A stretch of DNA of 55,033 bases, from NCBI GenBank assembly GCA_964629825.1, contig CAZVUW010000009.1:1-55033 (forward strand), given 5' to 3'. The translations under genes and the position numbers were made by a program. Source of the DNA: an uncultured Actinomycetota bacterium. GTDB lineage: Bacteria > Actinomycetota > Nitriliruptoria > Euzebyales > Egibacteraceae. Below are positions 1 to 6,549 of this stretch, piece by piece (position 1 is the first letter of the stretch; each line of letters opens with the position of its first letter). The notes under the pieces were generated by a model. The model saw nothing but the letters and a program-made list of their open reading frames with translations, was not told the origin of the DNA and ran no database searches.

Positions 1-54
1 CTCGAACAGCCGCGCGGATAGCTCCTCGGTTCGGTCGGTTGCGATCGTGGTCAT
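1..54 (-). CDS. 5' end of a CDS that runs off the left edge (N-terminus MTTIATDRTEELSARLFE); product not assignable
   Basis: ATG is the complement of cat at 52-54. An AAGGAG Shine-Dalgarno (complement of 61-66) lies 6 nt upstream. The frame is open to the window edge, with only 18 codons visible. Confidence 0.4.
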   Translation of the reverse strand, partial: MTTIATDRTEELSARLFE

Positions 55-180
55 GCGTGACTCCTTTGGGTTCCGCCTATTCGGGTTGGATGGCGTGAGG
101 TCGAACCTCACGGCGTGAGGGCGGCGCCGCGGGAGCGGCTCGGCTCCCGCTCCGTGCCCGCCCCGGTCCCCGGCCCGCGC

Positions 181-254
181 CATCCGCCTAGCCCCGCGCT
201 ATCCGCCTAGCCCCGCGCCATCCCCCGCGTCCGCGCCATCCCCCGCGTCCGCGC
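181..254. repeat. Two adjacent short tandem duplications (ATCCGCCTAGCCCCGCGC x2, then CATCCCCCGCGTCCGCGC x2)
   Basis: Read directly: the unit at 182-199 recurs at 201-218, and the unit at 219-236 recurs at 237-254. Confidence 0.8.
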
Positions 255-285
255 CCCCCCGTGGTCCGCGTCACCCCCGCGACGG

Positions 286-323
286 TTGGACATTTGGCCC
301 GGCATCTCGGGCCAAATGTCCAA
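286..323. repeat. Hairpin repeat copy A: 16-bp perfect stem, 6-nt loop (TTGGACATTTGGCCCG GCATCT CGGGCCAAATGTCCAA)
   Basis: The arms are exact reverse complements. The same architecture and loop recur at 369-406 and 39705-39742, with a related copy at 4874-4911. It lies downstream of the stop of the minus-strand gene ending at 460. Confidence 0.85.
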
Positions 324-368
324 GCGTCAGACCGCGCACCCGCCCACCCCGCGCCCCCATCCCCACGG

Positions 369-406
369 TTGGACACTTGGCCCGGCATCTCGGGCCAAAT
401 ATCCAA
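369..406. repeat. Hairpin repeat copy B (TTGGACACTTGGCCCG GCATCT CGGGCCAAATATCCAA)
   Basis: Same loop and flanks (ACGG before, GCGTC after) as copy A, 83 nt away. Two stem positions are C-A mismatches on the plus strand but G-U wobbles if transcribed from the minus strand. Confidence 0.8.
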
Positions 407-459
407 GCGTCGGGGCGGCGGGAGGTCCGAGAGTGGTGGAACGGGGTGTCGCGCGAGAC

Positions 460-2049
460 TCAGGTCACCGTGACGCGGACGGTGTGGTGGCCCGTCGCAC
501 CGTCCGGCGCGGGCGGGCGGCGCTCGGCCGTCTGCGTCTCGCCGTCACCGTCGGTGGCGCGCACCTTCAGCGTGTGCTGACCCGGAGTGGCGTCCCAGGT
601 GAGAACCCACTGCCGCCAGGTCGTCTCGGCCAGCTCGTCCGCTAGGCGAGCCGGCAGCCACCGACCGTCGTCGATCGAGACCTCGACGGCCTCGATGCCC
701 CGCTCCCCCGCCCAGGCGACGCCGGCGATGGCGGTTGGACCCGCCGGAAGCTGCGCGCCCGGCCGTGGCACGTCGATGCGCGACTGCGTCTTGATCGGCC
801 CTTCCCGCGCCCAGCCGCGCGGGATCCAGTAGCCCTGCACAGCGTCGAAGGTGGTCACCTCGATCTCGGACAGCCACTTGGTGTCCGACACGTAGCCGTA
901 CAGGCCGGCGATGACCAGCCGCGCGGGGTAGCCGTGGCGCGCGGGCAGCGGCTCGCCGTTCATGCCCACCGCGACCAGCGCGGGCCGCCCGTCGAGCGCC
1001 ACCTCGAGCGGGAAGCCGGCCGTCCATCCGTCCACCGCGCGCCCGACGACCTGATCGGCTCCTAGCCGCACGCCGGCCCTCCGCAGCAGCCGCTCCAACG
1101 GCACGCCCTGCCAGCGGGCGTTGCCGACCAGCCGCCCACCGACCTCGTTCGAGACGCAGGCGAGGGTCACGTCGGCCTCGGTGTCGGCCTCCTCCAGCAG
1201 CTGCGCGTAGGTCAGCTCGAACGGCCGATCCACCATCCCGGTCACGCGCACGACGTGTGAGCTGGCGTCGATCCGCGGCACGAACAGGGCCGTGTCGATC
1301 CGATAGAAGTCCTCGTTCGGCGTGATGAGCGGCGAGATGCCCTCGACCTCCAGGGCTGCCGAGGCCGGGGGCGGCGGCAGGGAGTCGGCGGGCCGAGGAA
1401 GCGACACGGCCGAGGCGCGCACGGCTGGCTCCGAGGCACGCTGCAGGACCCGCCCCATGAAGCCCGCGGTCGCCGCGGCCGCGGTCGCCACCCCGGCCAT
1501 CTGCAGGAAGCGCCGCCGCGCGCCCGTCCCCGCCGCGGGATCGGCCTGGACGTCCTCGGAAGCCGGCACCGCCACGGCCGCCAACGCGAGCAGCCATCGG
1601 AGCAGCAGCACCCCTGCCACGGCACCGACAGCTGGCGCGGCGATAGCGCTCAGCGGCGTCATGAAGCTGTCGTTGAGGCCCACCGCGGCAGCCAGGACGG
1701 CGAACGCCGCGAAGGACGCCGGCGCCACGGCCCAGCGCCGGGCCGCGACAATTCCGACCAGCGCGCCGGCGCCCACGATCACCACAGCCACCGACGTCAG
1801 CAGCACCAGCCGGTTCGCCGACCCGAACACGTCGATCGCGAAGCGCACCACCGGCCCGGGGGTGAGGTCGATGATGCGGTCCCCTACGGCGTCGATGACC
1901 GATCGACCACCCGGCAGCAGACCGGCGACCAGCTCGGCGACCCCGACCGCGACCAGAGCAGCAGCCACGCCAGCCAGAGCGGACCCGCGCGGAGGCGTGT
2001 CGCGCGACTGGTCTGCCGCGCGTGCCGGGGGTGCGTCGACGTGCGTCAC
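460..2049 (-). CDS. Membrane-anchored molybdopterin-dependent oxidoreductase (sulfite-oxidase/SUOX fold family) with C-terminal Ig-like dimerisation-type domain
   Basis: N-terminal ~170 aa is hydrophobic and multi-TM. An internal twin-arginine-like ARRRFLQMAG follows. The Moco-domain motif region reads LACVSNEVGGRLVGNARWQGVPLERLL ... HGYPARLVIAGLYGYVSDTKWL. A C-terminal beta-rich domain follows. The GTG start at 2049 overlaps the stop of the upstream lipoprotein gene (GTGA). Confidence 0.75.
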   Translation of the reverse strand: MTHVDAPPARAADQSRDTPPRGSALAGVAAALVAVGVAELVAGLLPGGRSVIDAVGDRIIDLTPGPVVRFAIDVFGSANRLVLLTSVAVVIVGAGALVGIVAARRWAVAPASFAAFAVLAAAVGLNDSFMTPLSAIAAPAVGAVAGVLLLRWLLALAAVAVPASEDVQADPAAGTGARRRFLQMAGVATAAAATAGFMGRVLQRASEPAVRASAVSLPRPADSLPPPPASAALEVEGISPLITPNEDFYRIDTALFVPRIDASSHVVRVTGMVDRPFELTYAQLLEEADTEADVTLACVSNEVGGRLVGNARWQGVPLERLLRRAGVRLGADQVVGRAVDGWTAGFPLEVALDGRPALVAVGMNGEPLPARHGYPARLVIAGLYGYVSDTKWLSEIEVTTFDAVQGYWIPRGWAREGPIKTQSRIDVPRPGAQLPAGPTAIAGVAWAGERGIEAVEVSIDDGRWLPARLADELAETTWRQWVLTWDATPGQHTLKVRATDGDGETQTAERRPPAPDGATGHHTVRVTVT

Positions 2050-2285
2050 CGCTCCATCGTCTCTTCGGCCATCGGCTCCGTCTCATCGTCCATGCTGCCG
2101 GTGGCGTCGTCCATAGGCTCCGTGCCGTTCTCCATCGGCTCCGTGCCCTCGTCCATCGGCTCGGTGGCCTCGTCCATGGGCTCGGTGGCCTCGTCCATAG
2201 GCTCGGACGCCGGCTCTCCACAGGCCTCCAGGCCCAGGCTCAGCAGAGCGACCACGGCAAGGGTCATCAGCTTGTTGGCGCGCAC
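2046..2285 (-). CDS. Small acidic lipoprotein consisting almost entirely of seven Met-containing heptad repeats (EPMDEAT-type)
   Basis: GTG at 2285 lies 4-5 nt after GAGGAGGAA. The signal peptide VRANKLMTLAVVALLSLGLEAC has a lipobox-like LEAC. The mature part is EPMDEAT EPMDEAT EPMDEGT EPMENGT EPMDDAT GSMDDET EPMAEET MER. The stop is GTGA-coupled to the molybdoenzyme. The alternative start ATG 2267 is also possible. Confidence 0.65.
   Translation of the reverse strand: MRANKLMTLAVVALLSLGLEACGEPASEPMDEATEPMDEATEPMDEGTEPMENGTEPMDDATGSMDDETEPMAEETMER
2058..2204 (-). repeat. Seven tandem 21-nt coding repeats (encode the heptads of the lipoprotein)
   Basis: A directly visible 21-nt periodicity (ctcgtccat[c/g/a]ggctc[g/c]gtg[g/c]c units) lies in frame with the 2046-2285 CDS. 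Confidence 0.85.
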
Positions 2286-2421
2286 GAATTCCTCCTCGGT
2301 CGGGACACGTGGCACCAGTTGCGCTGATCGAGCGCAAGCCAGCGCAAAGGCCATCGAAAGTTTCGCGAAAGCCGAGCGGCTGCCGGCAGCGACGGGTCGA
2401 CGGGGTGCCTACGATTCGGCG

Positions 2422-3165
2422 GTGATCAGCGGAGGGCCCGCGCCCGCGACTTCCCGGCCCGCCCAGAGCAGGCAGGGCCAGTCGTGGTCGTCCCGCGTCC
2501 TCGTCGTCGACGACGAGCCCATGGTCCGCGAGGTGCTCACCCGCTACCTCGAGCGGGACGGTCGCACCGTCACCGCGGTGGCGGACGGAGCAGCGGCCCT
2601 GAACGCGCTCGATGAAGGCTCCTTCGACCTCGTGGTCCTAGACCTGATGCTGCCCGCGGTCGACGGCATGACCGTTCTGACAGAGCTGCGGCGCCGGGCC
2701 TCGACCCCCGTGATCCTCCTGAGCGCCAAGGGCGCCGAGGACGACCGCGTGCTCGGGCTCGAGCTTGGCGCCGATGACTACGTGGTCAAGCCGTTCTCGC
2801 CGCGAGAGGTGACCGTGCGGGTCGCAAGCGTGCTCCGCCGCGCAGGTGCGCCCGCGCGCGCGGAGACCCTCCGCTTCGACGGCCTGGAGATCGACGAGGC
2901 CAGCCGAGAGGTGCGACGCGACGGGACCCCGGTGGAGCTGACCCGCCGCGAGTTCGACCTGCTCGCCTTCCTGGCGCGCTCTCCGCGACAGGTCTTCTCA
3001 CGGGCGCAGCTCCTCCAGCACGTATGGGACTCCTCGGCGGAGTGGCAGGATCCGGCGACCGTGACCGTCCACGTCGGCCACCTCCGCCACAAGATCGAGC
3101 GCGACCCCCGCAGCCCTCGCTGGCTGGTCACGGTGCGCGGCGTCGGCTATCGGTTCGAGCCGTGA
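2422..3165 (+). CDS. OmpR/PhoB-family response regulator
   Basis: Receiver motifs are VLVVDDEP, DLVVLDLMLP and KPF. The winged-helix output region reads LTRREFDLLAFLARSPRQVFSRAQLL ... VRGVGYRFEP. The track ORF from 2041 overlaps the opposite-strand lipoprotein gene, so I trimmed it to the first in-frame GTG (2422) before the receiver. The start is uncertain. Confidence 0.85.
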   Translation: MISGGPAPATSRPAQSRQGQSWSSRVLVVDDEPMVREVLTRYLERDGRTVTAVADGAAALNALDEGSFDLVVLDLMLPAVDGMTVLTELRRRASTPVILLSAKGAEDDRVLGLELGADDYVVKPFSPREVTVRVASVLRRAGAPARAETLRFDGLEIDEASREVRRDGTPVELTRREFDLLAFLARSPRQVFSRAQLLQHVWDSSAEWQDPATVTVHVGHLRHKIERDPRSPRWLVTVRGVGYRFEP

Positions 3166-4412
3166 GAGCCGCGGTCGCGCTCGTCGTCCTGATCGTCGGG
3201 CTGACCCTCGTGCTCAGCGACGCCGCCATGCAGCTCAGCGCCCAGGAGCGCGCGACCCTCTACTGGGTCTTCGCCGTGGCGGCCGCCGTGGCAGGCGCGA
3301 TCGGCTGGTGGCTGACGCGGGTGCACCACCGCCTGCCGACGCTGCGGGTGACGATCCTGGTCGTCGCGGTCTCGGCCATCGCGCTGTCCGGCGCCGTGGT
3401 CGCCGGTGCCGCCGCGGCGATGTTCCTGGCCCCGGGCGACGTCCGGCTGGTGGTCGCCGCCCTGGTGCTGGGCACCGGGCTCGGAGTGCTCGTCGCGATC
3501 GGCGTGACAGGGCCGCTCACCGCGGACCTGGGGCGGCTGGCAGCGGCCGCGCACCGCGTCGCCGAGGGCGACCTCAGCGTCCGCACCCGCATCGACCGGC
3601 GCGACGAGGTCGGTGCCCTGGCCGCCTCGATCGACCGCATGGTGGACCGGCTGGCCCGGCTCCAGGCCGAACGCGAACGCGGCGAGGCCGCCCGCCGGCG
3701 CCTCCTGGCCGCGGTCGGACACGACCTGCGCACCCCGCTGTCCAGCCTGCGCGCCGCGATCGAGGCCCTGCAGGACGGGGTGGCGACCGAGCCGGACCGC
3801 TACCTCGCCGCCATGGCGAGGGACGTCGACCTCCTGCAGAGCATGGTGGAGGACCTGTTCGTCCTCGCTCGGCTCGAGGCCGGAGACGTCCAGCTGGAGC
3901 GTGTCGAGGTCGATGTGCCGGAGGTGGCCGAGGCCGCCCTCGAGGCCATAGCGCCCCTGGCCGCCGCGCGCGGGGTGCACGCCGAGCTGGTGCTCGACGC
4001 GGACGGGATCGCACCGGTTGTGTTCGGCGATGCCCAGGCGCTCAACCGCGTCCTGCGCAACCTCCTGGACAACGCACTCCGCCATGCGCGCAGCACCGTT
4101 CGGGTTGCGCTCTCCTGCGACGAGGATGAGCTCACCGTGGCCGTGCACGACGACGGACCGGGCTTCCCGCCCGAGTTCGCGGCGCGGGCGTTCGAGGTCT
4201 TCTCCCGCGCCGACGCGGCCCGCGAGCGGCGCAGCGGCGGTGCCGGCCTGGGCCTTGCGATCGCGCGGGAGCTCGTCCAAGCCCATGGCGGTCGCATCTG
4301 GATCGGGGCGGGGCCGGGCGGGGCGGTCTCCCTCGCCTTGCCGCGGCGACGGCGGCTGGTCGGCGCTGATGCGGCCGAGCATCAGCGCCAGAGCGCCCAT
4401 CCGGGGGGTTGA
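3162..4412 (+). CDS. Sensor histidine kinase (two TM segments, HAMP, HisKA, HATPase)
   Basis: The GTG at 3162 overlaps the regulator stop (GTGA). Motifs seen: HAMP-like AHRVAEGDLSVRTRIDRRDEVGALAASIDRM, H-box AAVGHDLRTPLSSL, N-box LLDNALRHA, and G-boxes HDDGPGF and GGAGLGLAIA. Confidence 0.85.
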   Translation: MRAAVALVVLIVGLTLVLSDAAMQLSAQERATLYWVFAVAAAVAGAIGWWLTRVHHRLPTLRVTILVVAVSAIALSGAVVAGAAAAMFLAPGDVRLVVAALVLGTGLGVLVAIGVTGPLTADLGRLAAAAHRVAEGDLSVRTRIDRRDEVGALAASIDRMVDRLARLQAERERGEAARRRLLAAVGHDLRTPLSSLRAAIEALQDGVATEPDRYLAAMARDVDLLQSMVEDLFVLARLEAGDVQLERVEVDVPEVAEAALEAIAPLAAARGVHAELVLDADGIAPVVFGDAQALNRVLRNLLDNALRHARSTVRVALSCDEDELTVAVHDDGPGFPPEFAARAFEVFSRADAARERRSGGAGLGLAIARELVQAHGGRIWIGAGPGGAVSLALPRRRRLVGADAAEHQRQSAHPGG

Positions 4413-4514
4413 TGCCGGGCGACCGACGTAACCATGATGGGCCGCCCAGCGCTGCGGGTTCGCCGACGGCAGTCGCCGGTCACCCCTGCGTGTCATCCGA
4501 CCAAGGAGCCTTGC

Positions 4515-4763
4515 ATGATCGGATTCATCGTCGCCGGCCTGATCATCGGAGCCCTAGCACGGCTGTTCAAGCCCGGTCGCCAGAAGATCGGCCTGCTCGG
4601 CACGCTGCTGCTCGGCGTCGCAGGCTCGGTCATCGGTGGGGTGATCGCGAACCTTCTGGGCACCGGCGACATCTGGGAGCTCAACGTCATCGGGTTCATC
4701 GTGGCGGTGATCTCGGCCGTGGTTCTCCTGGGCATCGTCGAGGGGGCTGCGGCCAAGCGCTGA
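4515..4763 (+). CDS. GlsB/YeaQ/YmgE-family small transglycosylase-associated membrane protein
   Basis: MIGFIVAGLIIGALARLFKPG...LGTLLLGVAGSVIGG is the family signature. AAGGAG at 4503-4508 lies 6 nt before ATG 4515. Confidence 0.8.
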   Translation: MIGFIVAGLIIGALARLFKPGRQKIGLLGTLLLGVAGSVIGGVIANLLGTGDIWELNVIGFIVAVISAVVLLGIVEGAAAKR

Positions 4764-4873
4764 CCGCCTCGCCGGGCCACCGTCCACTCGCCCCACTCGC
4801 CTTCGGTCCAACCGTCCATCCATTGAGCCCGCGGCTGACCCCGCGCGGTTGCCGCACGCCCCCCAGGGATGGG

Positions 4874-4911
4874 TGGACGGTTGGGTGGCCGATCAGCCAC
4901 CCAACCGTCCA
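4874..4911. repeat. Hairpin repeat, variant copy D (TGGACGGTTGGGTGGC CGATCA GCCACCCAACCGTCCA)
   Basis: Perfect 16-bp stem with a 6-nt loop. It shares the TGGACGGTTGG/CCAACCGTCCA core with copy C. A further half-site CCAACCGTCCA lies at 4808-4818. It sits between convergent genes. Confidence 0.8.
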
Positions 4912-4955
4912 GCCATCGAGGAGGAGGGGCGCAGGGGGCGCAGCACAGGGTGAAC

Positions 4956-5630
4956 TCAGCGTCGCCGGTTCACCCCCGCCGGCGGCTCCCACGCAGCCCG
5001 CAGCGCCTGCTCGAAGGAGGGCGCGAGCCACGGTGGCAGCACCGCCGGCTCGCGCTTGCGCACGACCAGCCAGGCCGCGTCGACGCGCGGAACCGGCCGG
5101 AACGCCTGACGCGGCACGACCGGTCCGAGCTCGAACGACCACCAGGGCGCCCAGCGCGCCGACAGCAGCGACGAGGGCGGGACCTGCGCGCGCTTGACCG
5201 CCACCTCGCGCTGGACGAGCAGGTCCGCGCGCGAAGGCCCGCGCTGGGGGTCGTCCAGCAGGCGGCGCAGCAGCGCCGTCGTCACCCCGAACGGGACGTT
5301 GGAGACCACGCGGTACGGGCCCTCGGGCAGCGGATGCTGGCGCAGATCGCCGGTCACCACCCGCACGCGGTCGGCCAGCCCCTCCTCCTGGACGCGCTGG
5401 CGCAGACGGCGAGCCCACACCGGGTCCCGCTCAACTGCGATCACCCGCGCAACCACGCGGGCCAGCGGAAGGGTCAGCGCCCCTGTTCCGGGGCCGAGCT
5501 CCAGGACGCGGTCGTCCTGGCTGAGGTCAGCGCTGCCGAGAAACCTCTCGACGACGGAGGGCCAGGCGAGGAAGTTCTGCCCCAGCGAGCGCCGCCGCTG
5601 ATCCCGTGGCGTGCGCCTGCGGGCGGCCAC
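4956..5630 (-). CDS. Erm-type 23S rRNA adenine N6-methyltransferase family protein (short form)
   Basis: Motifs seen: GQNFL, ELGPGTGALT, IAVERD, VVSNVPFGVTT, LLVQREVAVKR, and WAPWWSFELGPVVPRQAFRPVPRVDAAWLVV typical of actinobacterial Erm proteins. GTG start with GGTGAGG upstream. Confidence 0.7.
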   Translation of the reverse strand: MAARRRTPRDQRRRSLGQNFLAWPSVVERFLGSADLSQDDRVLELGPGTGALTLPLARVVARVIAVERDPVWARRLRQRVQEEGLADRVRVVTGDLRQHPLPEGPYRVVSNVPFGVTTALLRRLLDDPQRGPSRADLLVQREVAVKRAQVPPSSLLSARWAPWWSFELGPVVPRQAFRPVPRVDAAWLVVRKREPAVLPPWLAPSFEQALRAAWEPPAGVNRRR

Positions 5631-5712
5631 GGAACCTCACCACCATGCTCGCTGCCATGCCGCCTCCTCCGTTCCTGACGCTCACGTGCGCGGTTCCGCG
5701 CAGCGGACCAGC

Positions 5713-6474
5713 CTACCGCGCTTCGGGCGCTCGCTCCCCCCGGCGGGACTCCGCCAGCGCCTCGAGCCCATCAAGGATCCGCTCCAGGCCGAACTCCAGC
5801 AGGTAGCTGGTGTCCAGATGCGGCGCACCGATGGCCTGACCGACCCGCCCTGACACGGGGTAGTCGCGGTCGGCCAGCACCTGGGTCAGCGTGGGCAGCA
5901 CCGAGTACCACCACTCGTCATCGCTCATCCCAGACGCGTCCGCGTCGCTGCGGATGCTGCGCAGGCGCTTGGCCGCGCCGGCGACGTGGCCCTGCACCAG
6001 CTCGATCGCCGCGTTCATCTCGTGGTCGGTGAGGCCGATCCCGTCGACTATGCGCAGCTCGTGCTCGTAGCGGTCGAGGTGGTTGGGGCCGAGGGCCGGT
6101 CGCCGCAGCGGCACGTCGAGCAGCCAGGGGTGGCGCATGTAGAGGCCCCAGTGCTCCTCGGCCATGGTTCGCAGACCCGCGCGCCAGCCCTCGACCCGTG
6201 CACCGGGCAGCAGCTCGCCGATGGCGCGGTGCTGCATCAGCAGGACGAGCTCCTCCTTACCGGGCACGTAGGTGTACAGGGACATCGTCCCGACGCCGAG
6301 GCGCTCGGCCACCGCCCGCATCGTCAGGCCGTCGAGGCCCCGCTCGTCGGCCAGCGCGACGCCGGCCTCGACCACCGCGTCCGTTGTGAGCCCGGAGCGC
6401 GTCGAGGGCTCCTCGTCCACCTGCCACAGGAGCCGCAGAAGGGCGGGGTCGTCGATGCGCCGGTTGTTGGCCAT
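5713..6474 (-). CDS. TetR/AcrR-family transcriptional regulator
   Basis: The N-terminal HTH reads AVVEAGVALADERGLDGLTMRAVAERLGVGTMSLYTYVPGKEELV. I trimmed the 535-aa track ORF to ATG 6474 (MANNRRIDD...), because the upstream part is antisense to the ABC ATPase gene. Confidence 0.85.
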   Translation of the reverse strand: MANNRRIDDPALLRLLWQVDEEPSTRSGLTTDAVVEAGVALADERGLDGLTMRAVAERLGVGTMSLYTYVPGKEELVLLMQHRAIGELLPGARVEGWRAGLRTMAEEHWGLYMRHPWLLDVPLRRPALGPNHLDRYEHELRIVDGIGLTDHEMNAAIELVQGHVAGAAKRLRSIRSDADASGMSDDEWWYSVLPTLTQVLADRDYPVSGRVGQAIGAPHLDTSYLLEFGLERILDGLEALAESRRGERAPEAR

Positions 6475-6506
6475 GTCGAGTTGAGGGTAGCGCCCGAACC
6501 CCGCAA

Positions 6507-6535
6507 GTCGTACGCTGTACCGTACATTGTACGAC
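6507..6535. promoter_or_regulatory. Probable TetR operator (inverted repeat GTCGTAC N15 GTACGAC with internal GTAC repeats)
   Basis: GTCGTACGCTGTACCGTACATTGTACGAC lies centred in the 75-nt divergent intergenic region between the TetR gene and the ABC exporter operon. Confidence 0.55.
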
Positions 6536-6549
6536 ACAGGGAGGCGCCC

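Noticed and set aside
181-410. Possible CRISPR array or CRISPR remnant (repeated palindromic units with spacer-like DNA)
   Set aside because: There are only two adjacent copies, the spacing and flanks are themselves repeated, other copies are dispersed singly, and no cas genes are present. The pattern fits a REP/terminator-like family better.
545-2221. 558-aa minus ORF and 264-aa plus ORF (1322-2116) overlapping the molybdoenzyme gene
   Set aside because: They give extremely Arg/Gly/Pro-rich translations without motifs. The alternative frame encodes a clear Moco-domain protein.
2041-2421. N-terminal 127-codon extension of the response regulator ORF (repeated SIGSV motifs)
   Set aside because: The Ser/Gly/Val repeats are simply the antisense reading of the 21-nt repeats of the lipoprotein gene. 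The receiver domain starts much later.
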